DNA of 50,655 nucleotides from a virus (Duplodnaviria; Caudoviricetes): IMG/VR virus record IMGVR_UViG_3300021338_000005, positions 1 to 50,655 of that record; one strand, 5' to 3'. Shown piece by piece: positions 17,627 to 28,326 of this stretch (position 1 is its first letter; each line of letters starts with the position of its first letter). The notes under the pieces were generated by a model. It saw only the letters and a program-made list of their open reading frames with translations, ran no database searches and was not told where the DNA came from. The position numbers and the translations under genes were made by a program.

Positions 17627-18102
17627 TGCCAACTTTAGAAGAACATATAGCTAAATTAAGACGTTTTGAACAAGTTTATAGACCCGAGTTATTCAAAGTT
17701 TTAGAGCGTGCTTTGTTTGACGTTAAAGACCAAATAAGTAATAGAGTTGTTGAAACTGGAAAGGATGCAGAAGGACAATTTTTTAGTAATTATTCAAAAG
17801 GTTATAAAAAAGTAAGAGAATCAAAAGGTTTTCAAACTAAATACAAAAACTTTGCAGTAACAAATGATCTTTGGAATAGTTTGGGAATAACTTTTAAAGA
17901 AGATACAGGAGGAGCTTTTATAATGGTACTAGAGCCAATAGGGGGGCATGACAACACAACTTTAAGCAATAAAGAATTAATGTCAGTACTTGAAAAACAA
18001 GAGGGTAAAGATATTTTAAAATTAAGTAAAAAAGAATTAAGACTAATTGAGATAGCAATGCAAAACGCTTTCACAAGGTTATACAAACAAATAGTAGGTT
18101 AA
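17626..18102 (+). CDS. neck/tail completion protein
   Basis: YSKGYKKVRESKG..NFAVTNDLWNSL resembles virion morphogenesis proteins; position. Confidence 0.6.
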   Translation: MPTLEEHIAKLRRFEQVYRPELFKVLERALFDVKDQISNRVVETGKDAEGQFFSNYSKGYKKVRESKGFQTKYKNFAVTNDLWNSLGITFKEDTGGAFIMVLEPIGGHDNTTLSNKELMSVLEKQEGKDILKLSKKELRLIEIAMQNAFTRLYKQIVG

Positions 18103-18695
18103 TGGTAAGTAATATAGTAAGCATACTACAAACAAATTTAAACGCTTTAGGAGTGTTTGATATTATTGGGGGTATTTCAAAACCTATGCCTTTTGGGATG
18201 GGAGAAACAAGAAAGATATTACCATTTGATTGTGATAGTACTTTAGATGACTGTAAAAAAGGTACTGAATTACAACCTAGTGATAGATATAAAATGTTTG
18301 GTTTTTTTGAACAGTTGGAAAGTATAAGTGAAGTTGATGAGTTTAAAAAGCAATCAAGGTACAAGAGTAAACTAAGATTTAACTTTTGGTATAACTGTAA
18401 CTCAATAACAGTTCAAAATCAAGGCAATGATATTGATTGTTGTGATAAGAAAGGATTTATAACAGAATCTATTTTAACAACTATTAAACGTTCTAATTTG
18501 TCAAGTGATTTGTTCAGTTATACGAGCTTAGAAAACTTTAGTATTAATGATTACGATTTTAAAGGTTACACAATAAACGAAAGATATAAATATCATCCTT
18601 ATTATTCATTTAGTATTGATTTTGAGGTTTATTTTATTTTAAATAAAAATTGTGATAATGCAATTGATATAACACTAATAAAAGAAGTATGTTAA
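18102..18695 (+). CDS. putative tail terminator
   Basis: Position, size, beta-rich C-terminus. Confidence 0.5.
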   Translation: MVSNIVSILQTNLNALGVFDIIGGISKPMPFGMGETRKILPFDCDSTLDDCKKGTELQPSDRYKMFGFFEQLESISEVDEFKKQSRYKSKLRFNFWYNCNSITVQNQGNDIDCCDKKGFITESILTTIKRSNLSSDLFSYTSLENFSINDYDFKGYTINERYKYHPYYSFSIDFEVYFILNKNCDNAIDITLIKEVC

Positions 18696-18967
18696 TATTT
18701 TTATACGCACCATTAATAGCAATTACAGCCTATGTATTTAAGGAGTTTTTAATACAAGAGGGGGAATTATTACAATTTTACGGTAGGTTTCTAAATAAAA
18801 TAGAAAACGACAATATAAGAAAGCCTTTAGGTGGTTGTTTACAATGTTTTAGCGGTCAATTAGCTTTATGGAGTGGCTTGTTTTTTTTAAAGCCTAATCC
18901 TTTTGATTTAATAATACTTATTTGTTTAACAATTTTTAGCACAATAATAATAGACAGATTTATATGA
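18689..18967 (+). CDS. small membrane protein with CxxC (DUF1360-like)
   Basis: Hydrophobic helices around LGGCLQCFSG. Confidence 0.6.
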   Translation: MLIFLYAPLIAITAYVFKEFLIQEGELLQFYGRFLNKIENDNIRKPLGGCLQCFSGQLALWSGLFFLKPNPFDLIILICLTIFSTIIIDRFI

Positions 18968-19464
18968 TAAACGAACCTATAAAATACGACTTTAGTAAGG
19001 TTTCAGAATTTGAAACAAAAGAGCATAAATATACTGTTCATTTAGACAGTATGAGCGCACAACGTTTTGAAACATTCCAACAAAAAGAAATAGCTTGTTT
19101 AAATTACTTTAGTTTAAATAATCCTATTGAGTATCAAAAAAGTTTATTAGATGCTTTTAATAAGCAAGAATTTGCTTTAATGGGTAAGTTATTATATGAT
19201 AAACAATATCATTATTCAGTTGGTAAAGGTAACGCTGATTATATTTTAGAATACTGTTCTGTATTTATTTATAGAGAAGATGAAGATGCTATGTTTTATG
19301 ATGAAAAGTTAGCAAAACAAAAGATAAAAGACTGGAAAGATAACAACATTGATATTACGTCTTTTTTTACTTTATCGATGATGGCAAGCCGAACATTATC
19401 GACAGCTTACAACGACTTTATCCAAAGCACTTTAAGCAAGGCAAACAAGAGCGAAAACAAGTAA
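18964..19464 (+). CDS. tail assembly chaperone (gpG-like)
   Basis: Upstream of tape measure; slippery T TTT TTT at 19362-19368. Confidence 0.75.
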   Translation: MINEPIKYDFSKVSEFETKEHKYTVHLDSMSAQRFETFQQKEIACLNYFSLNNPIEYQKSLLDAFNKQEFALMGKLLYDKQYHYSVGKGNADYILEYCSVFIYREDEDAMFYDEKLAKQKIKDWKDNNIDITSFFTLSMMASRTLSTAYNDFIQSTLSKANKSENK

Positions 19465-19670
19465 AGAATATCTATGAAGAGTTGCAAGGTGTTTATGAAT
19501 ATTACAGCTCTTTATATTGGTTTTTAAGCAAAGGAGAAGCAAGCCAAGTAGATGCAGTTAAAAGGTTGGATATATTTGATTTTTATAACTTTTTAACAGT
19601 TTACGAAAAGGAGATTGAAAAGAAAAATAAGGAAATAGAAAAATTAAACAAAAAGAATGGCAGACGCTAG
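19362..19670 (+). CDS. -1 frameshift extension of tail chaperone (gpGT-like)
   Basis: -1 frame open from slippery site (YFIDDGKPNIIDSLQR...) into the 19482-19670 ORF. Confidence 0.75.
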   Translation, partial: FFYFIDDGKPNIIDSLQRLYPKHFKQGKQERKQVKNIYEELQGVYEYYSSLYWFLSKGEASQVDAVKRLDIFDFYNFLTVYEKEIEKKNKEIEKLNKKNGRR

Positions 19671-22600
19671 TTTAAGAATAGAATACGACAATAGTGATTT
19701 AAAGGCTGGTATAAGTCAAGATATAGACAATTTAAGAAAGTTGGCAGATGTTCAACAAAACTTAAATAAGGATATAGAAAACTCTTTAAATGACCAAGTT
19801 AATAGCAGAAAAAAAGGAACTGAACAATTAAAGAAAGAAAATACAGCTATTAAAAATCAAGTTAGAGAGCTTGATAAATTAGAGCGTGAATTGTTAGAAG
19901 TTGATAAAGCTAGTAAAAAGGCTTTTTCTGGTGATGAATCAAAACAATTTAATGATAATATAAAAAGTTCTAGTTCTAGTATAAAAGAGTTAGGTAAAAG
20001 TTCTGACAGTGTTTTTGGTGGTATTGGCGGTAGAATAAAAGACTTTGTTTTATCTCCTTTAGGTTTAGTTACAATAGCTGTTGGGGCAATAGGTAAACAA
20101 TTCTTTGATTTAGGTAGTCAACTAGAACAAACAACACAAATAACAAACACTTTATTTGGTGATACAAATGAAGATTTAGAAAGCATAAGAAAAGAGGCTA
20201 TATTAGTTGCTAATATATTTGACAAAGACGTTAATGAAGTGTTACTTTCTGCAAATAGTGTTAGTAAGAGTTTTGGAATTTCAGCAGATGAAAGTTTAGC
20301 TTTAATTCGTGAAGGTATAGAAAAAGGAGCAGACGTTAATGGTGAGTTTTTAGACCAATTAAAGGAATATCCAACGCAATTTAAACTAGCTGGACTAAGT
20401 GCAGAAGAATCAATAGCTATTATAACACAACAAGTCAAAAGCGGTGTTTTTAGTGATAAGGGGGTAGATGCTATAAAAGAGGCTACTATTTCTTTGCGTG
20501 AACTTCCGCCAGCTACAGAGGAAGCACTTGCAAGTATTGGTATTAGTGGCGCAGAAGTTCAAAAGCAAATACAAGACGGTACAAGAACTTATTTTGATGT
20601 TATACAAGAGATAAGCACTAAAACTAAAGAATTTGGAGAAGATAGTGTTGAAGCTGGTGTAATTTTAGCAGATGTATTTAGAGGTGCTGGAGAAGATGCA
20701 GGAAGTTTTATATTTAGCTTAGGTGAATTAAACACTAATTTATCAAGTGTACAAGATACTGGGTCAAGTTTAGATAAAGGAATAGCAAGATTAAAAGATA
20801 TTTTTCAAGGTTTTTTCATTGATTTAATACAAGGTTCAAGCGTTATAACTAGAATAGGAGATGCTTTATTAGGGTTTGCAAACAGGTTAGATAATCTAAT
20901 ACAAGGTATTCAAGAATTTAATTTAAATAGGTTGACATCTTCTTTTTTGGATTTAATTGACACCGTTACTTTTGGAACTACTCAACTTGGTAAATACGCA
21001 GATGAGTTAAGAGAATTTGAAGATTTAACAGACGATATAATAGACGCTGTACAAGGTGAAGTTGAAAGTATAAGCACCCTAACTACTGGATTAGATGAAA
21101 ATAATAAAAAACTACAAGATAGTAACTTAAGTACAGAAGAGGCGAATAGAATAAAAGAAGAAAATAAAAAGATAGTAGAAGAGTTAAACGAACGTTATCC
21201 AGAATTTACTGAAAATTTAGATTTACAAAGTGCGTCAACAGAAGAGTTAAACAGATTAACAAAAGAATTAACAGATAGTTTAATTGAGCAAGCTGGAGAG
21301 CAAATTAAAGCTCAAAAAAGACAAGAGTTTTTAAGGGAAATATTTGATGCTCAGATAGAATATAATAGAGCCGTAAGAGATGGAGAAGATGGGGTTTTTG
21401 GATTTGGAAGTGCAATAGCGGAAGCTGAAAACAGAGTTAATGAGGCTAAAGAGGGGTTAAATAATTTAGATAATACTGTTAACGAAGCTGTTGAAAATAT
21501 AAAAGGTTTAGATTTAGAGTTAAACACAACTGCAAAAGGTATAGTTAGTGTTGTTGATGAGGCTGAAAAAGAACTAGCTAGACTAGAGAGATTAACAGAT
21601 GTTAGTAGGTTTTTTGGTGGAGAACCAACAGATACATTACTTGCACAAATAGAAGCACAAAAGAAAGTTGTTGAAGATGCTAGAAAAGAACAACAAGACG
21701 CTTTAGATAAAGAATTAGGCGTTAATTTAGATAAAGAGGTTGAAAATGAAACTAAAAAAAGTAAAATATTAACTGATTCTGAGAAAAAAAGAAGAGATAA
21801 AGAACTTAAACAAGCTCAAAAACTAGCAGATGAAAGACGTAAAATTTTAGAAGATAGCGAAAACGAATACAATAAAAATATAGCTGATTTATTAGACCAA
21901 AGAACAGAGTTATACGCGGAAAGTGAAGCTGATAAAATACTTTTAGAAGAAAGTAGAGCTTTACAATCAATAGATAACTTAAAGGCTAATATTTTAGAAG
22001 AACAAGCATTATTACAGTTGGCTAGTGATAGAGGACAGCAATTTATAGAACAAGCTACACAAGAAGAGTTAAATGCTGAATTAGAAAAGTATAGACAAAT
22101 AGTAACTTTAACAAGTGAACAAGAAGAAGCTATAAGAGATTTAAAGATAGATATTACTAAAAGAACTCAACAAGCATTATTAGAGTTGGAAATTAAAAAC
22201 CAAAATGAGTTACTATCTTTAAGTGAGGATAGCACAAATAAAAAACTTAAACTTCAAGAAGCACAAGAACGTTTAGCAATTGAAAGAATTAACAATAACG
22301 AGGAGTTAAGCGAGGTTGAAAAAGAAAATAATATAAGAAAAATAAGACAACAAGGTTTAGGTTTTAAAGTAAATTTAGCAATACAAGAAAATGACTTAAA
22401 AGAAAAGCAGATAAATAAAGAAATTGAATTATTAAAAAAGCTAAATACAGAAGAGGCTAAATTGAAAATTCAATCTTTAGAGTTGCAAAAGAAGATAAAC
22501 GCTGAGAATTTAGAAGGCACTATTGATAGTTATGAGAATCAAATAAAAGCAGGAGAGGAAGCTGTAAACAAAGCAGAGGTTATTGCAGAACAATCAAAAC

Positions 22601-23514
22601 TAGATAATGCAATAGGTAAGATTTTCGGAGTAGAAAGTCCCGAACAAATACAAGCTATAAAAGACACATTTAAAACACTTGTAGATAATTTAGTTAGTAT
22701 TTATAGTCAAGGCTTACAAAGACAGCTTGAAAGCAATGAAAGGCTTATTGATGGTATTAATCAAAGAATAGATGAGCAAGAAAGCGCGGTTGATAGAGAA
22801 ATACAAAAAAACGAAGAAGGAAACGCTTCTAGTATAGCTTTAGAAGAAGAAAAACTAGCTAACTTACAAGAGCAAAGAGATAATGCTTTAAAGCAACAAG
22901 AGGAAATTATAAGAAGACAACAACAGTTAGAAGATTTACAACAATTAAGCGCATTAATAACATCTAGTGCTAACATAATAAAAAGCACATCTGTTTTACC
23001 TCCTCCTTTTAATGTTTTAACAGCTACAGCTTCAATAGGTGCTATGTTTGCTTTATTTGCTAAAACTAAATCAGACGCTAATAACTCGGTTAAGTTAGAG
23101 GAAGGTGGAACTATAAAAGCTGGAGATAACAAAGTAATACAAGGTAAAAGACATTCACAAGGTGGTGAGGACTTTTTAAAACACGTTGAAATAGAACAAG
23201 GGGAAATGGTAAGTGTTTTTAACAGAAAGGCTACTTCTAATTTTGGAAAAGAAATTGTTAACTTTGCAAATATGGTAAATAGTGGTAAAAAACCAATTTT
23301 ACCTAATGGAGAAGTAGTTAGAAACCTACAAGATAAAGAAAGTAATTTAGCTATAAATCTAAATAGTAAATTTGACAGTAAAGAGTTAAAAGAAAACAAC
23401 AAGAAAATGGATAGGTTAATAGATTTACTTTCAAATCAAAGTCAAATGATTAGTTCAAATGGTTATACAACTGTTAGAAAAGGGAACGTAACAAGAACTG
23501 TAAAGAAAGGATAA
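19657..23514 (+). CDS. tape measure protein
   Basis: 1285 aa, helical; FLDQLKEY..FSDKGVDAIKEA..FRGAGEDAG motifs typical of tape measures. Confidence 0.92.
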   Translation: MADASLRIEYDNSDLKAGISQDIDNLRKLADVQQNLNKDIENSLNDQVNSRKKGTEQLKKENTAIKNQVRELDKLERELLEVDKASKKAFSGDESKQFNDNIKSSSSSIKELGKSSDSVFGGIGGRIKDFVLSPLGLVTIAVGAIGKQFFDLGSQLEQTTQITNTLFGDTNEDLESIRKEAILVANIFDKDVNEVLLSANSVSKSFGISADESLALIREGIEKGADVNGEFLDQLKEYPTQFKLAGLSAEESIAIITQQVKSGVFSDKGVDAIKEATISLRELPPATEEALASIGISGAEVQKQIQDGTRTYFDVIQEISTKTKEFGEDSVEAGVILADVFRGAGEDAGSFIFSLGELNTNLSSVQDTGSSLDKGIARLKDIFQGFFIDLIQGSSVITRIGDALLGFANRLDNLIQGIQEFNLNRLTSSFLDLIDTVTFGTTQLGKYADELREFEDLTDDIIDAVQGEVESISTLTTGLDENNKKLQDSNLSTEEANRIKEENKKIVEELNERYPEFTENLDLQSASTEELNRLTKELTDSLIEQAGEQIKAQKRQEFLREIFDAQIEYNRAVRDGEDGVFGFGSAIAEAENRVNEAKEGLNNLDNTVNEAVENIKGLDLELNTTAKGIVSVVDEAEKELARLERLTDVSRFFGGEPTDTLLAQIEAQKKVVEDARKEQQDALDKELGVNLDKEVENETKKSKILTDSEKKRRDKELKQAQKLADERRKILEDSENEYNKNIADLLDQRTELYAESEADKILLEESRALQSIDNLKANILEEQALLQLASDRGQQFIEQATQEELNAELEKYRQIVTLTSEQEEAIRDLKIDITKRTQQALLELEIKNQNELLSLSEDSTNKKLKLQEAQERLAIERINNNEELSEVEKENNIRKIRQQGLGFKVNLAIQENDLKEKQINKEIELLKKLNTEEAKLKIQSLELQKKINAENLEGTIDSYENQIKAGEEAVNKAEVIAEQSKLDNAIGKIFGVESPEQIQAIKDTFKTLVDNLVSIYSQGLQRQLESNERLIDGINQRIDEQESAVDREIQKNEEGNASSIALEEEKLANLQEQRDNALKQQEEIIRRQQQLEDLQQLSALITSSANIIKSTSVLPPPFNVLTATASIGAMFALFAKTKSDANNSVKLEEGGTIKAGDNKVIQGKRHSQGGEDFLKHVEIEQGEMVSVFNRKATSNFGKEIVNFANMVNSGKKPILPNGEVVRNLQDKESNLAINLNSKFDSKELKENNKKMDRLIDLLSNQSQMISSNGYTTVRKGNVTRTVKKG

Positions 23515-24884
23515 TGTATAAATACAAAGTAACTTATTATACTAATTTAGGAGATAACTCACTTTTTGGATATAGAGAAGATTCTTTTTTTGTAGAACCT
23601 TTAAATTCTATAGAAATAAGATATTCAAGGGTTGAAGATGAAGTTTTTTTTATTCAAGATGATTTAATTTTAAAATTTAAAGGTGAAGACGCTGAAAAGT
23701 TAAAAAGTATAGAATATAATAGTTCTCATTTAGATTCTGTCATAGAAGTTTACAATTCTAATGTAGTTATATATAAAGGTGTTATAAATATACAAGAGTC
23801 AAAAAAGTGTGATTGTGATTTAGAATTAAGAGTTGAATCAACATCAATTGAAAAAACATTAATTGAGAATTGGGAAACTTCAATAAATGTTTTAGATGAT
23901 AGACTAGTAAATATAACAAACAGTATAAATAAAATACCATCTGGTACTCAAAATAATTTAATTAGATATGATGAGTTATTTTTAGAGTTAGCTAAGTTTA
24001 GTAGTCCAGATATAACAGATTTTGAAAGCGAGTTTTTGAATGGTGTAAATGATTATGTTTATGGTGGTACTAATTATTTTAATGACTTATATATTTCTGA
24101 ATCTAGTAATTTTATAAATAATGATACTCTAACTGAGCCAGCAAGTTATCAAGAGTTAAGTTTTAAAGATTTATATTTCATTTTAAAAACTAATTACGGC
24201 TTAAGAATATTTTTTGAGGGAACTAAAATAAGGCTAGAGCATTACACGTATTTATATAGTAATAGTGAAAATTTTGAACATAAAATAGAAAATTCATGTA
24301 CTTACATTGATGAGTATAGGTCTATGAATCTAAATTTAACTGGAACGAATAAAAGTAATGACAAGTATAGAGGTGTTAAGGATATTAGGTTTCTTATTGA
24401 AGACCCTAACGCAAATGAAAACGACCCTTTAGCACAAATACTTATATGGCGTTACAGCAATAGAGCAGGAAATGTTATAAACGTTAAAAATGAATTTTTT
24501 GCAATAGCTGTAAGTTTGGTTGATGAATTTAATAATGATTTTTATTTAGTTTTTTCAAATTCTGGAACTATAAATTTGTCAAATGTTCCAACTTATGATA
24601 ACTATCTTTTTCACTCTTTTAAATCCGAATATTTTGCTATAGGAAGAGAAAGATATGACCCGTTTTTCAGCTTTAAATCTTTTAGAAGTTTTAAAAATCC
24701 TAATTTAAATAAAGATAGTATCTATAATGTAGAAGGTAATGTATCTTGTTATTTTGATGGGGCTTTAGATAAAAATTACTTTTTGTTTAATGACTTATTG
24801 TCAGAAAATGAAAAATACAGAATAAAAGAATACACTATAAGTGTTAAAAATAAAAACATAACTTATAACGCTACTATTTTATGA
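23514..24884 (+). CDS. tail tip/baseplate protein
   Basis: Follows tape measure; beta-rich. Confidence 0.6.
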   Translation: MYKYKVTYYTNLGDNSLFGYREDSFFVEPLNSIEIRYSRVEDEVFFIQDDLILKFKGEDAEKLKSIEYNSSHLDSVIEVYNSNVVIYKGVINIQESKKCDCDLELRVESTSIEKTLIENWETSINVLDDRLVNITNSINKIPSGTQNNLIRYDELFLELAKFSSPDITDFESEFLNGVNDYVYGGTNYFNDLYISESSNFINNDTLTEPASYQELSFKDLYFILKTNYGLRIFFEGTKIRLEHYTYLYSNSENFEHKIENSCTYIDEYRSMNLNLTGTNKSNDKYRGVKDIRFLIEDPNANENDPLAQILIWRYSNRAGNVINVKNEFFAIAVSLVDEFNNDFYLVFSNSGTINLSNVPTYDNYLFHSFKSEYFAIGRERYDPFFSFKSFRSFKNPNLNKDSIYNVEGNVSCYFDGALDKNYFLFNDLLSENEKYRIKEYTISVKNKNITYNATIL

Positions 24885-26251
24885 AGCAACCCATACAAAT
24901 ATTAAACACAGTTTCAGATAACGCATTTATAGACTTAGATGCATTAAACACTACTTTAAAAAGTTGTGGAGAAGGTAATTTATCTATATTTGATTTTGAA
25001 AACTCACCTACATTTTACAGGAATACAAGTAAAGATGTAACACAAGTTAATTTAGCTATATATGATTTAAACAATGTAGAGGTAGAATTGATAGAAGGTA
25101 TAAACTATACATCTGTTAATTTAGGTGAAGAGAACCAAATTTTTGTTGAATCAACAGTAACTAATTTAAGTGAGGGTATTTATTCTTATGTTTATGTTTT
25201 TGATTATTCTGACGCTACAAGTGATTTTTTCATATCGGATACTTATAGACTGTTAGATGTAGGTTGTTTGGATTATTTAGAGTATAGTAATAACTGTTCG
25301 TTGAATAACGTTTATTACAATAGAGTTGAAGGGTTTTCACATAAGATATACTTTGACAAAAATAGTGGGTATCAAACACCTACATTTGAATTTGTAGAAG
25401 AATTTGAAGAAGATGACATAGGTAATAAGAATGCAACAAATAGAGGTTTCAAAAAGGTTGAAGTATATAAGTTTTTCAACACAAATGAGCATCAAATAGA
25501 TGTTATGAGTTATGCAACTACTTTTAATAACTTCAGTTTAGTTGTTAATGAAGTTTCTACAAATGATGAAATAATAGAGCGTATAATTTCAAACATAAAT
25601 TTTAATAACGGTTGTTGTGTGTTTAATGCTGATATTCAATTTAGTAGAGAGCAAATAAATAATAGAGGTTGTTGTTCTTTAGATGTTTTACCTGATTGTG
25701 TAAACTACAAAATAAGTGATAGAAAGGTAGATTCTTTTATAGAAGAGAATGACTACGCAACAGCAGATACAACAAAAGTTTATTTAATATTAGAAAGTAC
25801 ACCTAGTAATAACTCACCATTTAAAGCTCATGTAGGAGAGTTGGCTTATTACAATGGTAGTGGTTGGGATTATGAGGAAGTTGACTATGTGTTAACAAAT
25901 GATGGGTGGTATTCAAATGAAGGCTTACAGGTAAACATAATTCAATCTATTACTCAAACTATACCACAAGGTAAAAGTGCAGATGTTGTTATAGAAAATT
26001 TAACCGAAAATTATAATGTATGCTTATATTCTTCTTTTGAGGGTCAACAGTATGAATTAATAGGAGATTTTAACTATAGTGATTTAGTTTTTATTGGAAA
26101 TACAACAACAATAAACGTAGAGTTAACAAGTGAGATTATTTCATCTTTAGATAATTACGATATTGACTTTAGGCTAGAGTGTAAGTTAAGTGGGTGTTTG
26201 ACAACAGAAACAACATGGTCACAAACTTTTACATTGCAAGCTACAGCATAA
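24881..26251 (+). CDS. tail protein, Cys-rich
   Basis: Position; HVGELAYYNGSGWDY resembles DUF2793-type tail motif; GCC pairs. Confidence 0.6.
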   Translation: MKQPIQILNTVSDNAFIDLDALNTTLKSCGEGNLSIFDFENSPTFYRNTSKDVTQVNLAIYDLNNVEVELIEGINYTSVNLGEENQIFVESTVTNLSEGIYSYVYVFDYSDATSDFFISDTYRLLDVGCLDYLEYSNNCSLNNVYYNRVEGFSHKIYFDKNSGYQTPTFEFVEEFEEDDIGNKNATNRGFKKVEVYKFFNTNEHQIDVMSYATTFNNFSLVVNEVSTNDEIIERIISNINFNNGCCVFNADIQFSREQINNRGCCSLDVLPDCVNYKISDRKVDSFIEENDYATADTTKVYLILESTPSNNSPFKAHVGELAYYNGSGWDYEEVDYVLTNDGWYSNEGLQVNIIQSITQTIPQGKSADVVIENLTENYNVCLYSSFEGQQYELIGDFNYSDLVFIGNTTTINVELTSEIISSLDNYDIDFRLECKLSGCLTTETTWSQTFTLQATA

Positions 26252-26337
26252 TTACACAAATATAGTTTTACTTTAATTAGTCAAGTATATAATTTAGCAC
26301 TTATTAATTAGATTATAAACTTAAAATTTTTATTATT

Positions 26338-26961
26338 ATGGCTTGTGTATCTTGCCCAGCTGATTGTTCAGCAAGTGTAATTTTACCTGCGGTTGGTAAT
26401 GATTGTGCAGTATTTGACGACGCGGAAATGTCTGGTATATTTATTAGTTCTGAGGCTTTACCTAGTGTAAGCGCAGATACTAGTTATACTCCAGGAGATG
26501 ATTCAACTACACTAACTACTTTTTCTGCTGATTTATTAGCTAGAATTGACAATTCAGATGTGTTAACTTCTGATAAGATTAGACACGTATGTATTGAGGG
26601 CTCTATTCCAGTTGCAGAAAGAGAAGAGTTGAGAGCTTGCAAGGGTTATGTTAAGGGTAAACCAACATTTACTTTTGACATGAAAGTATCAGATTTATCT
26701 CCAGAATCAGTACAATTTTGGCAGTATTTAGATAACTGTAATTTACCTGTTTATTTTTACATTTATACAGATTCTACAATTTACGGAGAAAACAAAGGAG
26801 CTACAGCTTGTCACGAATCATTCAAAGGCTATGTAACATTTGATGAGGAAGTAACAGAAGGTAGAGCTTTTAACAGCGGTACTTTAACAATTAAAGTAGA
26901 TGCTGATGGTGGTTTAGCAAGAGCTTACACTAAACAATTAACAGGAATTAACTTATTCTAA
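26338..26961 (+). CDS. putative major tail tube protein
   Basis: 207 aa, acidic, beta-rich; no other tube candidate; N-terminus MACVSCPADC. Confidence 0.5.
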   Translation: MACVSCPADCSASVILPAVGNDCAVFDDAEMSGIFISSEALPSVSADTSYTPGDDSTTLTTFSADLLARIDNSDVLTSDKIRHVCIEGSIPVAEREELRACKGYVKGKPTFTFDMKVSDLSPESVQFWQYLDNCNLPVYFYIYTDSTIYGENKGATACHESFKGYVTFDEEVTEGRAFNSGTLTIKVDADGGLARAYTKQLTGINLF

Positions 26962-26962
26962 T

Positions 26963-27271
26963 ATGGCTTGTTTTAATATGAGTGAACTCCCTTACTTATT
27001 AGTAGGGGAGGACGCTAACGGAAATATGGGTACACACGCTTTGGTTCTTAATTATTTAAGTCCTTTAACTTGTGATTACTCATTGGGAGATTGGAAAAAC
27101 CACGTTATAGAAGTTGATGTGAACGGTAAGCCTAATATTAGAATGGTATTTGTACCTAGACAAGATTTATCATGTGCTAATTTAGGAAATTATCAGATTG
27201 ATTTTTGTGGTTTGAAATTATTTTTAGTGATGGCAGATGATAACAAGCCAGCACTTTTATTTTTAACTTAA
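26963..27271 (+). CDS. putative virion protein
   Basis: Structural operon; 4 Cys. Confidence 0.6.
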   Translation: MACFNMSELPYLLVGEDANGNMGTHALVLNYLSPLTCDYSLGDWKNHVIEVDVNGKPNIRMVFVPRQDLSCANLGNYQIDFCGLKLFLVMADDNKPALLFLT

Positions 27272-27275
27272 TTAT

Positions 27276-27986
27276 ATGGCTACTAATTGCGGACAATATA
27301 AAAGTGAATTAGATTTACTTCACGAAATAGCGGACTCGCTTAGTGGTAGCTCTGGAGGTGGTAAAGACTTTGAGTTACAAGTTGTTAAAGATGCTAATGG
27401 TGATTTATTTCTTTTTAGACCTAAATTAGATGAGGTAACTGATACTTATACTTTTGACTACATAGATGCACAAAATAACGTAGTTAGTCCAGTAATGCCT
27501 GTAGAGGTTATAGGTAGTGACAGTTCATTTAACGTTGAGTTTATTAACGTTTGTATGACTGACGACACGCTGAACGATGGTACTGTACTAGTTAGCTATG
27601 AGGATATTTATTTAGTTAAATACGACGGAACAAGCGTAACATCTACATATTTAGGTTCATTTGCTGATAGTACTTTACAAACGCCTTACACACCAGTTGG
27701 GACAACTTATAAATGTGCTGATTATGGTGATAAACCCGAAACATCTATAAGTGTACAAGATGTGACTAATGGTACTTTTTCACCTGATTTATTAGCGCAA
27801 CAAGTAACTATAAGAGTTATAACTGGTAACAACTCAACTTTTACAGATAGTAATTCAAATACTGTAACGTTAGAGGAGGGTGAGGTTTTAACATGGTTTT
27901 TAGCATCCGATACAATGGACGTAACACCAGTTTTAACTGTACCATTAGGAGAAGTAGTAAGAGTAACATATACATTTATACAATAA
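27276..27986 (+). CDS. putative tail/fibre-associated protein
   Basis: T/D/V-rich beta protein. Confidence 0.6.
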   Translation: MATNCGQYKSELDLLHEIADSLSGSSGGGKDFELQVVKDANGDLFLFRPKLDEVTDTYTFDYIDAQNNVVSPVMPVEVIGSDSSFNVEFINVCMTDDTLNDGTVLVSYEDIYLVKYDGTSVTSTYLGSFADSTLQTPYTPVGTTYKCADYGDKPETSISVQDVTNGTFSPDLLAQQVTIRVITGNNSTFTDSNSNTVTLEEGEVLTWFLASDTMDVTPVLTVPLGEVVRVTYTFIQ

Positions 27987-27988
27987 TT

Positions 27989-28324
27989 ATGGCATTAGGA
28001 GGCCCAATAACAAGACAAGAAGCCGCTAAAGTAATAACTAGCATCAAAGAAATATCTAAAGATACTAGTTATCAAAATATAGGCGGTATTTATATAGAAG
28101 ACGGAGAAACAACACGTACAATGTGGGGTAAAACTAGTGGGACTTTAGCTATTGAGGACGTTACTTTTCCTAATGGTGGGTTTGCAGATGTTCCTACAGT
28201 TACATTTAGTGTCGTTGGTTCTTTGAGTAGCACTTCAATTAATAGTATTAGTAGCTCTTTGGTGACTATGGAAAGTCAAGGGACACAAGTTAAACATTGG
28301 ATAGCTAAAGGATTAAAACCTTAA
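27989..28324 (+). CDS. tail fibre-like protein (start revised from 27893)
   Basis: MWG..VTFPNGGFADVPTV..HWIAKG resembles gp53/H-type lectin fibre tip. Confidence 0.6.
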   Translation: MALGGPITRQEAAKVITSIKEISKDTSYQNIGGIYIEDGETTRTMWGKTSGTLAIEDVTFPNGGFADVPTVTFSVVGSLSSTSINSISSSLVTMESQGTQVKHWIAKGLKP

Positions 28325-28326
28325 TT

